Of a stretch of DNA of 64,000 nt, positions 42,904 through 54,904 are shown in pieces (the stretch's first letter is position 1; every line of letters begins with the position of its first letter). Location: NCBI RefSeq assembly GCF_011045215.1, contig NZ_CP049201.1; one strand, given 5' to 3'. This DNA comes from Escherichia coli (GTDB taxonomy: Bacteria > Pseudomonadota > Gammaproteobacteria > Enterobacterales > Enterobacteriaceae). A program made the position numbers and the translations under genes. A model generated the notes under the pieces. The model was not told where the DNA came from, made no database searches, and worked only from the letters and a program-made list of their open reading frames with translations.

Positions 42904-44189
42904 TTCGCTGTTTCCTCACTCACAATTCGGTTCACCAGGCGGCCCACGCCTTCTACTTCCACCACTACTTCATCGCCAGGCACCACGTCAGATAAGCCTT
43001 TTGGTGTGCCGGTGGCGATCATGTCGCCCGGATTCAGGGTCATAAATTCGCTTAAGTAGGCGATCAGGAAGGGCACGCTGAAGATCAGATCGGCGGTGGT
43101 GCCTTGCTGGCGTAACTCGCCGTTGACGAAGGTGCGAAGGGTCAGATTATGCGGGTCCGGGATCGCCTCTTTCGGCACGATGGTTGAAAGCATCGGCGTC
43201 AGTCCGTCGCGGCTTTTGACCCGCAGGTTAGGGCGGTAGTAGTTTTCCAGATAGTCGCGAATGGCGTAGTCGTTACACACGGTGTAGCCCGCGACATAAT
43301 CCATGGCATCGGCTTCGCTGACGTTACGAGCCTGCTTGCCAATAACTACCACCAGCTCCGCTTCGTAGTGCATGTATTCAATATTGTTCGGGCGCACGGA
43401 GGTCTGGTTATCGCCAGTGAGGGTATTCGGTGCTTTCAGGAACACCAGCGGCTCTTCCGGTGGCTTAAATTCCAGTTCGCTGGCGTGGTCGGCGTAGTTC
43501 AGGCCGAGGGCAAACAGCGTACCGTGCGGGTGTGGCTGCGTTGGGAAGCTCTTGCGCGTGGTCACTTCACGTTCGTCCACTACCGGATTCTCCAGCGGCG
43601 GGAAACCTTCTGCGAGAACACGCACGCGATCGCCTGGCTGTATTTCCACGCGCGCCTGTGGCGTGCCGAGCAGAATGGCATCGCCTGGATTCAGCGTGGC
43701 AAATTCGCTCAGGGCGCTCAGCAGCTGTGCGGCGTTACGTTGTAAATCGGCGGTATTCCAGTGATCGGCAGGACGCCCGTTGATCTCGGTATAGATAGTC
43801 AGATTATCGACATTGCTGAGAGCCACGGTTTCGCCAATGGGGCAGAATCCATCACGACATTTTGCTTTGATTGCCGGACGGTAAAAGCTCTCTTCCGGCA
43901 GGCTGACGTCGTTAGCCAGCGCATATCCGGCGATGTACTCTGCCGCATCTTCTTCACGTACTTTCGTCGCCGTTTTTCCCACAATCAGCGCAACTGTCGC
44001 ACCGCTCAGTACCTTTTCACCCTGTGGAAAGGGAATCGGTTCACCGCAACCAATCACCGTATTGCGCGGTTTAATAAACCAGACCGCAGTTTTAGGCGGG
44101 GCTTTGTAGGGAGATTGCTGGAACGCTTCCTGCCAGGCATCAAGTTGGCTGCGATGGTTCAACGCTACGGCGAAGATAGTGCCTTTCAT
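42900..44189 (-). CDS. hpaG: Bifunctional HHDD isomerase / OPET decarboxylase
   Basis: ORF 42900..44195 begins at GTG; I trimmed to the ATG of MKGTIFAVALNH... (429 aa); two FAH-fold repeats. Confidence 0.85.
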   Translation of the reverse strand: MKGTIFAVALNHRSQLDAWQEAFQQSPYKAPPKTAVWFIKPRNTVIGCGEPIPFPQGEKVLSGATVALIVGKTATKVREEDAAEYIAGYALANDVSLPEESFYRPAIKAKCRDGFCPIGETVALSNVDNLTIYTEINGRPADHWNTADLQRNAAQLLSALSEFATLNPGDAILLGTPQARVEIQPGDRVRVLAEGFPPLENPVVDEREVTTRKSFPTQPHPHGTLFALGLNYADHASELEFKPPEEPLVFLKAPNTLTGDNQTSVRPNNIEYMHYEAELVVVIGKQARNVSEADAMDYVAGYTVCNDYAIRDYLENYYRPNLRVKSRDGLTPMLSTIVPKEAIPDPHNLTLRTFVNGELRQQGTTADLIFSVPFLIAYLSEFMTLNPGDMIATGTPKGLSDVVPGDEVVVEVEGVGRLVNRIVSEETAK

Positions 44190-44460
44190 TACCACTCCTC
44201 GGATTCGATCATCTTAATCATTAATATGTTAATGATTACTTTTATTCCCGATTGCGTAGTTTGGCAAAAGTAAGTGATGTAAATGTGATCTAATTAACAA
44301 ACTATTTACATTAAAAGATAATAAAATATTAAATATCAGTGTGTTAATAAAACATCCTCAATTTTGATAAAATGAAGAATTGCGGGGGCAGCTCAGTCCC
44401 GGTAACGTGATGATTAATTGTTTCTATATTAATGATTTTGAATTTTTCAGGGGAAAGATA

Positions 44461-44907
44461 ATGCACGACTCACTAACCATTGCGTTGCTCCAGGCGCGAG
44501 AAGCGGCGATGAGTTATTTTCGCCCAATCGTTAAACGGCATAATTTGACTGAGCAACAGTGGCGCATCGTGCGTATTCTGGCGGAAAGCCCATCAATGGA
44601 TTTTCACGATCTGGCGTATCGCGCCTGCATTTTGCGCCCAAGCCTGACCGGGATCCTCACGCGGATGGAACGCGACGGTTTAGTGTTGCGATTAAAGCCG
44701 ATCAATGATCAGCGGAAGCTCTATATCTCGCTGACCAAAGAGGGGCAGGCGCTGTATAACCGCGCTCAGACACAGATTGAAGAAGCCTATCGGCAGATTG
44801 AAGCTCAGTTTACTGCCGAGAAAATGCAACAGTTAACCCATCTGTTAGAGGAATTTATTGCTCTGGGCAATTCCCGACAAGAAGACATCCCGGGCGATAA
44901 TGAATAA
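44461..44907 (+). CDS. hpaR: MarR-family repressor of the hpa meta-cleavage operon
   Basis: ORF 44380..44907 trimmed to MHDSLTIALLQAREAAMSYFRP... (148 aa); divergent from hpaG. Confidence 0.85.
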   Translation: MHDSLTIALLQAREAAMSYFRPIVKRHNLTEQQWRIVRILAESPSMDFHDLAYRACILRPSLTGILTRMERDGLVLRLKPINDQRKLYISLTKEGQALYNRAQTQIEEAYRQIEAQFTAEKMQQLTHLLEEFIALGNSRQEDIPGDNE

Positions 44908-45025
44908 CTTTTTAGTATCTGATAACCAGCGCCTGGTTTTTCCATGGATGGCGGGTTACACCTTTTCATAAAGTTTTTGCTTTCCAGGCCGAAAATCTTG
45001 CATCGGTCCACAGGAAAGAGAAACC

Positions 45026-46699
45026 ATGTTAAAACGTATCAAGATCGTGACCAGCTTACTGCTGGTTTTGGCCGTTTTTGGCCTTTTACAACTGACATCA
45101 GGCGGTCTGTTCTTTAATGCCTTAAAGAATGACAAAGAAAATTTCACTGTTTTACAAACCATTCGCCAGCAGCAATCTACGCTGAATGGCAGCTGGGTCG
45201 CGTTGTTGCAGACGCGTAACACCCTCAACCGCGCGGGTATCCGCTACATGATGGATCAGAATAATATTGGTAGCGGTTCAACCGTTGCTGAGCTGATGCA
45301 GAGTGCCAGTATTTCGCTGAAACAGGCGGAAAAAAACTGGGCAGATTACGAAGCGTTGCCGCGTGACCCGCGTCAGAGCACCGCCGCAGCGGCAGAGATC
45401 AAACGTAATTACGATATTTATCACAATGCGCTGGCGGAGCTGATCCAACTGTTAGGTGCAGGCAAAATCAACGAGTTCTTTGATCAGCCGACCCAGGGAT
45501 ATCAGGACGGTTTCGAGAAGCAGTATGTGGCTTACATGGAGCAAAACGATCGGCTCTATGATATCGCCGTCAGCGATAACAATGCCTCCTACAGCCAGGC
45601 GATGTGGATTCTGGTGGGCGTGATGATCGTCGTACTGGCGGTCATCTTCGCCGTCTGGTTCGGTATTAAAGCCTCGCTGGTAGCGCCAATGAATCGCCTG
45701 ATTGACAGCATTCGTCATATTGCAGGCGGCGATCTGGTGAAACCGATTGAGGTGGATGGCTCTAATGAGATGGGGCAACTGGCAGAGAGTTTGCGCCATA
45801 TGCAGGGAGAGCTGATGCGTACCGTCGGTGATGTGCGCAACGGGGCCAATGCCATCTATAGCGGTGCCAGCGAAATCGCTACCGGCAATAACGATCTCTC
45901 TTCGCGCACCGAGCAACAGGCCGCTTCGCTGGAAGAGACGGCAGCCAGCATGGAGCAACTGACCGCAACGGTGAAACAGAACGCCGAGAATGCGCGCCAG
46001 GCCAGCCACCTGGCGTTAAGTGCTTCTGAAACGGCGCAACGCGGCGGCAAAGTGGTAGATAACGTGGTGCAGACTATGCGTGATATCTCCACCAGTTCGC
46101 AGAAAATCGCCGATATTATCAGCGTAATTGACGGCATTGCCTTCCAGACCAATATTCTGGCTTTGAACGCGGCGGTTGAAGCAGCGCGTGCGGGTGAGCA
46201 AGGACGTGGTTTTGCGGTGGTTGCGGGAGAAGTGCGTAATCTGGCCCAGCGTAGCGCCCAGGCGGCTCGTGAAATTAAAAGCCTGATTGAAGACTCGGTG
46301 GGGAAAGTGGATGTTGGCTCTACGCTGGTCGAAAGCGCCGGGGAAACAATGGCGGAGATTGTCAGCGCCGTGACCCGCGTGACGGACATTATGGGCGAAA
46401 TTGCTTCTGCTTCTGATGAGCAGAGCCGTGGTATCGATCAGGTTGGCTTAGCGGTTGCTGAGATGGACCGGGTAACTCAACAGAACGCCGCGCTGGTGGA
46501 AGAATCTGCCGCTGCCGCCGCCGCGCTGGAAGAGCAGGCCAGTCGCCTGACCGAAGCTGTGGCAGTGTTCCGGATTCAGCAACAGCAGCAACAGCAGCAA
46601 CAGCAGCGTGAAACATCGGCTGTGGTAAAAACCGTGACGCCAGCTACGCCGCGTAAAATGGCAGTGGCAGATAGCGGGGAGAACTGGGAAACGTTTTAA
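45026..46699 (+). CDS. tsr: Methyl-accepting chemotaxis protein I (serine chemoreceptor)
   Basis: 557-aa ORF with periplasmic domain, HAMP, methylation helices and C-terminal NWETF pentapeptide; contains a 10-Gln tract. Confidence 0.9.
   Translation: MLKRIKIVTSLLLVLAVFGLLQLTSGGLFFNALKNDKENFTVLQTIRQQQSTLNGSWVALLQTRNTLNRAGIRYMMDQNNIGSGSTVAELMQSASISLKQAEKNWADYEALPRDPRQSTAAAAEIKRNYDIYHNALAELIQLLGAGKINEFFDQPTQGYQDGFEKQYVAYMEQNDRLYDIAVSDNNASYSQAMWILVGVMIVVLAVIFAVWFGIKASLVAPMNRLIDSIRHIAGGDLVKPIEVDGSNEMGQLAESLRHMQGELMRTVGDVRNGANAIYSGASEIATGNNDLSSRTEQQAASLEETAASMEQLTATVKQNAENARQASHLALSASETAQRGGKVVDNVVQTMRDISTSSQKIADIISVIDGIAFQTNILALNAAVEAARAGEQGRGFAVVAGEVRNLAQRSAQAAREIKSLIEDSVGKVDVGSTLVESAGETMAEIVSAVTRVTDIMGEIASASDEQSRGIDQVGLAVAEMDRVTQQNAALVEESAAAAAALEEQASRLTEAVAVFRIQQQQQQQQQQRETSAVVKTVTPATPRKMAVADSGENWETF
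46577..46606 (+). repeat. CAG/CAA trinucleotide repeat encoding Q10 in the Tsr C-terminal linker
   Basis: cagcaacagcagcaacagcagcaacagcag read directly. Confidence 0.9.
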
Positions 46700-46710
46700 T
46701 CGCCATAAAA

Positions 46711-46740
46711 ATGCCCGATAAGCAAAATGTTATCGGGCAT
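46711..46740. terminator. Bidirectional rho-independent terminator between convergent tsr and lgoT
   Basis: atgcccgataa...ttatcgggcat perfect stem, preceded by A-run and followed by T-rich context. Confidence 0.65.
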
Positions 46741-46747
46741 AGGGAGT

Positions 46748-48109
46748 TTAATCTTTACGCGGGTCGTTGATCGGCTGACGAACCAGGAAGATGTACGCCA
46801 GTGCTCCCGCTGCGGTGACGCAACCGCAAATGATTAGTGCCAGACGGAATGAGTGGGTTGTATCAACAATAAAACCAGTAATGATCGGCGCGAAAGAGGC
46901 GCAGATGAAGCTGGCAAAGTTCTGGATACTGCCCACCGACGCAGTCATGCGAGAAGCAACTGCGACGTGGATCAAGCCCCAGCAGGATGTTCCGGCAAAG
47001 TGAATACAGAACAGTGCCATGCCAATCAGCAGAACCGCCATCATGGATGTTGTCGCTTGTGGTACTATCAGCGTAAAGGCGGCAGAACAGAACATCCCGG
47101 CAATAATGCAGATCTTACGGCTTTTAATCGGAGCCATTCCCCCTTTGACCAGCCAGTCAGTAACGTAACCGTTGACCAGCATCCCGGCAGCCCCAAACAG
47201 GAAAGGGATAGCCGCCATCAACCCTGTGCTTTTTAAATCCAGGTTATAGGCTGTTTGCAGGTAACCAGGAAGCCAGGCCAGATACAGCCACGCAGTGTAG
47301 TTGATGCCACTGAATCCGAGCATCATTCCCCACATTGTGCGGTTACGGAACAGGCTGCGCCATTCGGCAAAACTGAGCGGATCTCGGCGGGCATTGACGC
47401 TACCTGCATTGAGATAAGCTTGTTCAACGGCAGTCAGTTCTACGTGCTCGCGGTTGCGATAGAGCATATACCAGCCAATGGCGAGAAAAATCCCCAGTAC
47501 ACCAATGGTAATAAACATCCCGCGCCAGCCCATCACCAGCATCATCGCCGCCAGAATCGGTGGGCTTACGGCAACGCCAATGGTAGAAGCTGCGTTGAAG
47601 AAGCCCATCGGGCGTCCGCGCTCTTTGATGTTGAACCAGTCGTTAATGACTTTTACACCGCATGGGTTCATCGGCGCTTCACCAATCCCCATACCGATAC
47701 GCACCAACACGAACTGCGTAAAGCTGTGCACCATGCCAGACATGGCCTGGAACAGTGACCAGAAGAACATCCCCAGTCCCAGCATCAGGCGTGGGCCTTT
47801 ACGATCCAATAGTGGGCCGCAAGGAAGTTGCGCAATGCCGTAAGCGAGTGAAAACACGGAGAGCAAAGCGCCGATTTCGGTGGCACTTAATCCCAATTCT
47901 TCACGAATCGTTAAATTTGCTACCGACAGCGAACTGCGGTCGAGATAATTGATTACCGCCGCAAAAAATAATAACAACATGGCGGTGGTTTGAATGCGTT
48001 TAATTCGGGTACTGCGTTGAACTAATCCATCTGGTGGCACGGGAATATCTGCCGACGAAGATGGAGTAAATGAAGAACGCGGATCGAGGGTGATATTTTC
48101 TTTTTCCAC
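46748..48109 (-). CDS. lgoT: L-galactonate MFS transporter
   Basis: 453-aa ORF; MFS sugar-acid transporter; synteny (yjjL). Confidence 0.8.
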   Translation of the reverse strand: MEKENITLDPRSSFTPSSSADIPVPPDGLVQRSTRIKRIQTTAMLLLFFAAVINYLDRSSLSVANLTIREELGLSATEIGALLSVFSLAYGIAQLPCGPLLDRKGPRLMLGLGMFFWSLFQAMSGMVHSFTQFVLVRIGMGIGEAPMNPCGVKVINDWFNIKERGRPMGFFNAASTIGVAVSPPILAAMMLVMGWRGMFITIGVLGIFLAIGWYMLYRNREHVELTAVEQAYLNAGSVNARRDPLSFAEWRSLFRNRTMWGMMLGFSGINYTAWLYLAWLPGYLQTAYNLDLKSTGLMAAIPFLFGAAGMLVNGYVTDWLVKGGMAPIKSRKICIIAGMFCSAAFTLIVPQATTSMMAVLLIGMALFCIHFAGTSCWGLIHVAVASRMTASVGSIQNFASFICASFAPIITGFIVDTTHSFRLALIICGCVTAAGALAYIFLVRQPINDPRKD

Positions 48110-48323
48110 GCCGGACTCCTGTATTTATAATTTTAATTGTTTACGTAATTGTGCATTACGCAAGGTTGACATTAACGGCAGGTTAAAGTTTTAGGACTTT
48201 ACTACCGCTCACAAAAACATTTTTAGTCGACTGATTGTGAGCATAGGTAAGCGGGAATTTCCCGGTATTTATCTTTTGATAAAACCGTGCACCCGCTAAT
48301 AGTTTGCTGTTTTTAATCCGTAC

Positions 48324-49238
48324 TTAATGAGCATAACGCGTGTTCTCATTAATGGATCGAATCATTGATTGTTTAGCTGAATTCAAATGGTTACGGAGCG
48401 CAAGGGTGGCATCAAGGTCACTGCGGCAAATCAGAGCGCTGAGAATGGTCATATGCTCATCGACGGCAATGATATTGCGCTGTTTAAGATCGCTTTCGTC
48501 CCATTGATAGTGAAAATGAAAGATGACTGAGATGATCTCAAGCGATTGATCAAAAAAGATATTGTCGGCAGCTGAAAGCAGTAAGGAGTGAAAATCTCTG
48601 TCAAGTTGCGAGAACATGCGAAAGCTATTGCCGATGTTGTCACGCAGTAGCCGATGACGTTCGAGCATGGTTTTCGCCTGCAGCCAGCGGGGATCATGAT
48701 CAGGCAGGTTGAGAAAGTGCTGAAGTGAATGTGTTTCGAGCATTTCGCGTAGCTCAAACAGCTGCTCGGCGTAGGATTGATCGAATTGCTTCATGCTCCA
48801 CTGGCCGCGCTTTTCGCTTTGAATAAGATTATAACGGCCGAATTTTAAAAGATATTCTCTTACAACCACCGGGCTGACACCCGCGGCCCGAGCCAGTTGC
48901 AGTTCAGAAAAAGTTTCCCCAGGGCGTAACTGACGCTGGTTTATCATCGTGAAAAAAGCCTGCTCAAACACTTTGTTTTGTTCACTCATTGAAGCGGTAG
49001 TACAGGCGAAACCGTCATCATGGTCAGGTTTACGCGCAATAACATAGTCGTTTCCAACCTGCGTTAAGACGCCGCATTCGCGTAAGTGGCTGAGAATATG
49101 ACGCACTGTGGTGCGGCTGATGTTGTACATTTCCGCCAGCGCACTTTGCGATGGAAGTGGGGAAGGGATATGACCCCGCGCCATATCATCAATGACCTGG
49201 TTAATCACATTGTGGCGTAAATTTTGTGAACGACTCAT
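48324..49238 (-). CDS. lgoR: GntR-family transcriptional regulator of L-galactonate catabolism
   Basis: 304-aa ORF with N-terminal wHTH; synteny (yjjM). Confidence 0.8.
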   Translation of the reverse strand: MSRSQNLRHNVINQVIDDMARGHIPSPLPSQSALAEMYNISRTTVRHILSHLRECGVLTQVGNDYVIARKPDHDDGFACTTASMSEQNKVFEQAFFTMINQRQLRPGETFSELQLARAAGVSPVVVREYLLKFGRYNLIQSEKRGQWSMKQFDQSYAEQLFELREMLETHSLQHFLNLPDHDPRWLQAKTMLERHRLLRDNIGNSFRMFSQLDRDFHSLLLSAADNIFFDQSLEIISVIFHFHYQWDESDLKQRNIIAVDEHMTILSALICRSDLDATLALRNHLNSAKQSMIRSINENTRYAH

Positions 49239-49376
49239 ATTTTCCTCCTTGTGAGTCCATTAAAACCCGATTTAAAACATTTTTATGCGTGTGTTTTCAC
49301 AAAACAGATTTTCCGTTCCGCTGCCATTTTTCATTTTCATTGATATCTAAGGTAACAAAAAATGGAGAGCCGAATC

Positions 49377-50399
49377 ATGTCTACGATGAATGTTTTAATT
49401 TGCCAGCAGCCGAAAGAATTAGTCTGGAAACAACGTGAGATACCTATTCCGGGTGACAATGAAGCATTAATAAAAATTAAGTCTGTCGGGATTTGCGGTA
49501 CCGATATTCATGCCTGGGGTGGAAATCAACCATTTTTTAGTTATCCACGGGTTTTAGGCCATGAAATATGTGGGGAGATTGTTGGGCTGGGTAAAAATAT
49601 TGCTGATCTTAAAAATGGTCAGCAAGTTGCTGTGATCCCTTATGTTGCCTGTCAGCAATGCCCGGCGTGTAAAAGCGGGCGTACCAATTGCTGTGAAAAA
49701 ATTTCAGTCATCGGCGTGCATCAGGATGGCGGTTTTAGTGAGTATTTGAGCGTGCCGGTGGCGAACATTTTGCCCGCAGACGGTATTGACCCGCAGGCGG
49801 CCGCATTGATTGAACCTTTCGCTATTAGCGCTCATGCGGTGCGTCGCGCAGCCATTGCTCCCGGCGAGCAGGTGCTGGTGGTCGGGGCGGGGCCAATCGG
49901 TCTGGGCGCGGCGGCAATCGCTAAAGCCGATGGCGCACAGGTGGTGGTGGCGGATACCAGTCCGGCGCGCCGTGAACATGTGGCAACGCGTCTGGAGTTG
50001 CCCGTGCTGGACCCGTCAGCCGAAGATTTTGACGCGCAGCTGCGGGCGCAGTTTGGTGGTTCGCTGGCGCAGAAAGTGATCGACGCGACAGGTAATCAAC
50101 ATGCGATGAATAACACCGTGAATCTGATTCGTCACGGCGGCACGGTGGTATTTGTCGGCCTGTTTAAAGGAGAGTTGCAGTTCTCCGATCCGGAATTCCA
50201 TAAAAAAGAAACGACGATGATGGGTAGCCGCAACGCCACGCCGGAAGATTTTGCTAAAGTCGGTCGACTGATGGCGGAAGGAAAAATCACTGCTGACATG
50301 ATGTTAACCCATCGCTATCCGTTCGCCACGCTGGCAGAAACCTACGAGCGCGATGTGATTAACAATCGTGAGTTAATTAAAGGCGTAATTACTTTCTGA
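49377..50399 (+). CDS. lgoD: L-galactonate 5-dehydrogenase (Zn-dependent MDR family)
   Basis: ORF 49362..50399 trimmed to MSTMNVLICQQPKELVW... (340 aa); GHE..G..VG Zn-ADH motifs. Confidence 0.85.
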   Translation: MSTMNVLICQQPKELVWKQREIPIPGDNEALIKIKSVGICGTDIHAWGGNQPFFSYPRVLGHEICGEIVGLGKNIADLKNGQQVAVIPYVACQQCPACKSGRTNCCEKISVIGVHQDGGFSEYLSVPVANILPADGIDPQAAALIEPFAISAHAVRRAAIAPGEQVLVVGAGPIGLGAAAIAKADGAQVVVADTSPARREHVATRLELPVLDPSAEDFDAQLRAQFGGSLAQKVIDATGNQHAMNNTVNLIRHGGTVVFVGLFKGELQFSDPEFHKKETTMMGSRNATPEDFAKVGRLMAEGKITADMMLTHRYPFATLAETYERDVINNRELIKGVITF

Positions 50400-50536
50400 T
50401 AAGGCGAGATTATTAAAGTTGCCATGCAGCGTCCGGGGAAGTGTTGGGCGCTGTTTTTTTTGTTTCTTAATAATGTGTTGTAAGCCGGAGAAGGTGTGTA
50501 GGTCGCACCCTATGCGACCTACACATCAGTCAGGAA

Positions 50537-52828
50537 TTACCCTTCACGTTCTACCACTTTAATTTCCACCATGCCGATCCCGAGCTTACGCGGCGAGTGT
50601 CCGAGGATATTCCCTTCGTTGGTTGAGACAGGTTCCGGCGGCACAATTACCAGTGTGTTGGCATCGGTTGGGTTATCGAAATGCAGTGTGGTGGTGGTCA
50701 CTTCATTGCCCAGCACAAGAGTTTGTTCTTCATTGCCTACGCGTACCGGAATAGGACGGCTGGCGTTATTGCCGTATGCTTTGGCGGTAATCACCAGGTC
50801 AAATTTCTTCGGCAGCGGATGCTTGTACTCGATTTTTACTTCATCGCCCAGCTGCGCGTTGGACCAGCGGCCCCACGACTCCGGACGGGAAATCCCGCTA
50901 AACTGTTTCACCTCTTCTGGCGCACCGGCGACGTTAAAGATGAAACTGTCGGCTTTGTAGCGAATATCGTTATCAACAATCTTCAGCGTATCGACATTGC
51001 CTTTGTAACGCGCCATGTCGATGACCGTATCTTTAAATGCCGTCTTGCTCTTCCATGTTGTTTTGTCAACATGCTGAACAATTTGCTGACCGCCAAGCTG
51101 CCCCTGCGAGACACACCAGTCGGTGGAAAGTGCCAGTTCCGGAGCCCAGAGTTGTGCCATCTTGTAGCAACGGTCAACCCAGACGAAATTGTCGCGTGGA
51201 GCGAAATCGGCCAGCTGGAAACGCAGCGGTGCTGAGTATTCACTTTCCGGCAGCGGTTCCACGCGTTTGTCTGAAACCCGCAACAGCAGCGGCAAACGGA
51301 AATGGCTACCCGAGAAGGCAATCATGTTTTTCTGCTGGTCGATGGTGAACTCTTTCATCTCTTTAGGGAATTTCCACAGGCGGATGATATCCGGCTTCCA
51401 CGCCAATGTTTTCTCTTTGATATTGAGGAAGATTTCCGACATCGACTGCCCGGATAAACTGCTACGACCAAGTCCGAGATAGTTATCGCCACCGAGAATG
51501 TCCAGCACCGTCGCGCCGTTATCCATCGTGTTACGCTTCACTGCCAGCGTCTCTTGCTGCGGCTTGTCGCCACGAATGACAAAAAACAGGTTATTGCGAT
51601 CCTGCTTATTGAGGTATTTCCACGCCGTGTTGTTCATCGCTAAATGGTCAGAAGAGACGACGATGACAGTATCTTTAAACCACGGTGACGCTTTGATTTT
51701 GTTGATAAACGTCGCGATATTCTCCTGGCTGCAACTTACCGCGCTGAATGACTGATTCGGCTTACCGTCAAAATCATATTTTTTGCGGTTACAGGTGCGC
51801 GAGATAAAACCATCCGGGTGATGGGTATCGACTGTCAGGGTAAACAGTGAGAATCGCTGACCTGAGCGGGAAAGCTCTTCAAACTTTTTCCACGCTTCAT
51901 CGAGAACGGTATCGTCGTAGAATCCCCAGTCGTTGCGATAGTGCGGGTCGGCTACCACGCTTTTCAGCTCTTCTGAGCCGTATAAGTGGTCGAAGCCATG
52001 CGACTTCAGGAACACATCTTTACCGGCAAAACGCAGATTCGCGCCCTGCACGAAATAGTTCTGATAACCCGAGTTTTTCAGGATATCGCCCAGACAGATG
52101 TTCTGCGGGAAGAAGCTGGAAACAGAAGCGGAGGCGTTGCCTTCAAAGGGGGCAAACAGCGGTATGCCGCACTGAGAAGCCACCATGCCCGCAATCGTGT
52201 AATCCGTTCCTGGCAGCTGCTGCGTGTGGCTGAAATCCAGGCCTTCATTTTTCAACGCGCCCAGTTCAGGCGTGAGATCCGGGAAAGCTTCGTTATCAAA
52301 ATAGGTCCGCTCGAGACTTTCGCCGTAGATATAAACCAGGTTGAGTTTCGGGTCAGGGATAGTTTTCGACGGCTCTTTATAATAAGCCGCAAAGTCCGGG
52401 TCGCCGTCGCGTGACTGGGATTTCACCAGTTCCGTTATCTGACGAAATGCCGGGCTGGCGTCCACCGAACCCAGCGCCAGTAAGAGCGCCAGCAGGCTGT
52501 AACCAAAATGGTGCGGATGATGGCGACGACGGCGCAGGATCCAGCCCAGCGCACCGAACACCGCTGTCAGCCCCAGCACAATGCCGATACCCGGCAAAAT
52601 GTATTTGCTGACGCCAGCACCGGTCAGGCTGTTGGTTAAGGTATAGAGAACCGCGTCGTTAATACCATCGCCAGTAAAATAGTCGCTGGCAAACAGGGTG
52701 ATATTTAAAACGACAAATAGCCCCAGCACCGTTAATGTAGCTGCAAACCACCAGGTGTTACGTCCCGCTTTCCATGCGTAAATCAGCACAGAGGCGAGAA
52801 AAAGGGCGAAAGAGAGTAGTTCTGACAA
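50537..52828 (-). CDS. opgB: Phosphoglycerol transferase I (osmoregulated periplasmic glucan biosynthesis)
   Basis: 763-aa ORF; N-terminal TM helices plus sulfatase-like domain; synteny (mdoB). Confidence 0.85.
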   Translation of the reverse strand: MSELLSFALFLASVLIYAWKAGRNTWWFAATLTVLGLFVVLNITLFASDYFTGDGINDAVLYTLTNSLTGAGVSKYILPGIGIVLGLTAVFGALGWILRRRRHHPHHFGYSLLALLLALGSVDASPAFRQITELVKSQSRDGDPDFAAYYKEPSKTIPDPKLNLVYIYGESLERTYFDNEAFPDLTPELGALKNEGLDFSHTQQLPGTDYTIAGMVASQCGIPLFAPFEGNASASVSSFFPQNICLGDILKNSGYQNYFVQGANLRFAGKDVFLKSHGFDHLYGSEELKSVVADPHYRNDWGFYDDTVLDEAWKKFEELSRSGQRFSLFTLTVDTHHPDGFISRTCNRKKYDFDGKPNQSFSAVSCSQENIATFINKIKASPWFKDTVIVVSSDHLAMNNTAWKYLNKQDRNNLFFVIRGDKPQQETLAVKRNTMDNGATVLDILGGDNYLGLGRSSLSGQSMSEIFLNIKEKTLAWKPDIIRLWKFPKEMKEFTIDQQKNMIAFSGSHFRLPLLLRVSDKRVEPLPESEYSAPLRFQLADFAPRDNFVWVDRCYKMAQLWAPELALSTDWCVSQGQLGGQQIVQHVDKTTWKSKTAFKDTVIDMARYKGNVDTLKIVDNDIRYKADSFIFNVAGAPEEVKQFSGISRPESWGRWSNAQLGDEVKIEYKHPLPKKFDLVITAKAYGNNASRPIPVRVGNEEQTLVLGNEVTTTTLHFDNPTDANTLVIVPPEPVSTNEGNILGHSPRKLGIGMVEIKVVEREG

Positions 52829-53081
52829 CGGGCGATCCTCACTAAACCGGGCCGTTTAGCCAACGTTTAAGCTTTTTGAGAAGCACAATGTAATGGCGTC
52901 GCCATATTGCTGCAATTCTAGTGTCAAAAAAATGCGATGTTGTTAGGAATTAGTTTATAAACAGACTTTTTTGATAACGGTCACTTCCCGTGTAACAGGG
53001 GGAAAACCGTCCAGGAGCAGGGAAAAGGGCAGGAGAGAGCCGCGTCAGCCGGGTAACAGCTAAAACGCGGCGTTTCGCGGT

Positions 53082-53579
53082 TCAGGAAATGAAGTTCAGC
53101 CCCTGCTTTAACACCAGATCGCAGGCTTTGGTTTTCACCTTTTCTGCCAGCGGAGTTGTTCCGATGTTATCCAGATTGAGTTGCTGACCATCTTTGGTTT
53201 TCAGCAAACCCTGAATGCCGTCCAGATAGTTGGTGTCTTCTTTTTGCTCTTCACTGTTCAGGCCCAGCTTTTCCAGTACCTGATTCTTGATGTTTTCGGC
53301 ATCGGTTACCGACGCCAGCTTTTGCTTCGCGCAGTATTGCAGAATGCCTGCGGCATTGTTCATGTTATCTGCGCTTAAGGCCTGGTTTCCGCTGCTAAGC
53401 AAGTTAGTTAATGACGCGAGCGACCAACCGCCTTCCTGTGTCGTGCTGTTTTGGTTGCCAAGTTCGCTGGCGGCGCTGGAGAGCGCATCTTTCCAGGACG
53501 CAGCATGCACCCCGGTGGAAATTAATGCGCTGGCGGCAATGGCACAGCACAGAAGGTGTTTAATAGTTTTCATCATCAT
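53082..53579 (-). CDS. yjjA: DUF2501-family periplasmic protein
   Basis: 165-aa ORF with signal peptide; synteny upstream of dnaC. Confidence 0.75.
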   Translation of the reverse strand: MMMKTIKHLLCCAIAASALISTGVHAASWKDALSSAASELGNQNSTTQEGGWSLASLTNLLSSGNQALSADNMNNAAGILQYCAKQKLASVTDAENIKNQVLEKLGLNSEEQKEDTNYLDGIQGLLKTKDGQQLNLDNIGTTPLAEKVKTKACDLVLKQGLNFIS

Positions 53580-53624
53580 TACTCAAGGTGGAATTGTGTC
53601 GCAGTATACCGCCAGAAACGGGGA

Positions 53625-54362
53625 TTAATACTCTTTACCCGTTACCCGGCTACGGTAGCTATCCCAGTTGAAGATCACCCATAAACTGTTACCCAGGCGC
53701 ATACGGTCCATCACGCGTTCGCCCAGCAACTTGGTCATCTCTTCCATATTACTGTTGGTCAGCATCCCGGTTGGGCGTTTGGAAGAAGAGCGGCGATCGA
53801 CGATCTGGTTGATGATCACTTTTTCGTATTTCGATTCGGTCTGCACGCCGATCTCATCGATCACCAGCAGATCAACGTTGCTCAGATCGTTAAGCAGTTG
53901 TTCTTCGCTGGTACCGCTATTCCTGAAGGTATCTTTCATCGCCGACATAATATCGGCCACGGTGATGATCAATACGGATTTACCGCGTAGCAGCAGCTCG
54001 TTGCAGATTGCCGCCGCCAGATGGTTTTTGCCGGTTCCTGGCTTACCAGAAAAGATGAAGCTGGCGATGTTGCCGTCAAACTCTTCGACATACTGGCGCG
54101 CTTTGCTTAACGCATTCATCTGCCCTTCACACTCAACGCGATAGTTCTCAAAGGAACAGTTCTGATGCAGTGGACGAATACCGGAGCGGTTAAAGGTGCG
54201 CTGCATTTTCATCGCCCGATTTTCACGTTCGAGAGCGGCGGAGCGGATCGCCCCTTGTTCTTTCTGCCAGGCCAGTAGCTCTTCACCCGTTTTGAATGCA
54301 GGTTTGATATGGGCAGGCATCATTTTTTGCAGGCGTTGCATCAGGTCGCCAACGTTTTTCAT
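53625..54362 (-). CDS. dnaC: Replicative helicase loader DnaC
   Basis: 245-aa ORF with Walker A (GKPGTGKNHLAAAI). Confidence 0.92.
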   Translation of the reverse strand: MKNVGDLMQRLQKMMPAHIKPAFKTGEELLAWQKEQGAIRSAALERENRAMKMQRTFNRSGIRPLHQNCSFENYRVECEGQMNALSKARQYVEEFDGNIASFIFSGKPGTGKNHLAAAICNELLLRGKSVLIITVADIMSAMKDTFRNSGTSEEQLLNDLSNVDLLVIDEIGVQTESKYEKVIINQIVDRRSSSKRPTGMLTNSNMEEMTKLLGERVMDRMRLGNSLWVIFNWDSYRSRVTGKEY

Positions 54363-54364
54363 CG

Positions 54365-54904
54365 TTACCCTCTGAATCCTGGTGGAATTTGGCTGTCAGG
54401 TTCGCTGACCGTATTCACATCTCGTTTCGGCAGTCCGCCGTTGCTGGCACGACCGATTTGCAGGCTGCGCGCCAGTTTTTGTTGCCACTGCACATGGTGA
54501 AAGACTTTACCTTCCGCCTGCCAGTAGGCAATGAATGAGGCCAGTTCTTCGGTGGTCACCGGCTCTCTTAGCGCCACGCCCCATAGAGCCGCCAGGCGGA
54601 TAAAGTCGGCATCGGGTTGCCAGTCCGGATACATGGCGAATTTCCCCATGGGTACAGCAACGGGAGCGGCTTGCGGTTCCTGATAGAGTTGATCGTCCAG
54701 AGCGACATCGCTTCCCGGACGCGCCAGCTTTTCTTCCAGCGCCAGCAGTTCAGCCAGGCGTGCAGGCGTGACGGCATAAAACGCCGGGGCATTGTTAGCA
54801 AATACGGCAACCACACCGCCTTCAGCTTTTGCCAGAACGGTTTGGTGATCGTGTACCAGGGCGTCAATACCAACGACGTCCGGGGTCAAAACTCTGGAAG
54901 ACAT
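54365..54904 (-). CDS. dnaT: Primosomal protein DnaT
   Basis: ORF 54365..54916 trimmed to [16 protein letters not shown]... (179 aa). Confidence 0.9.
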
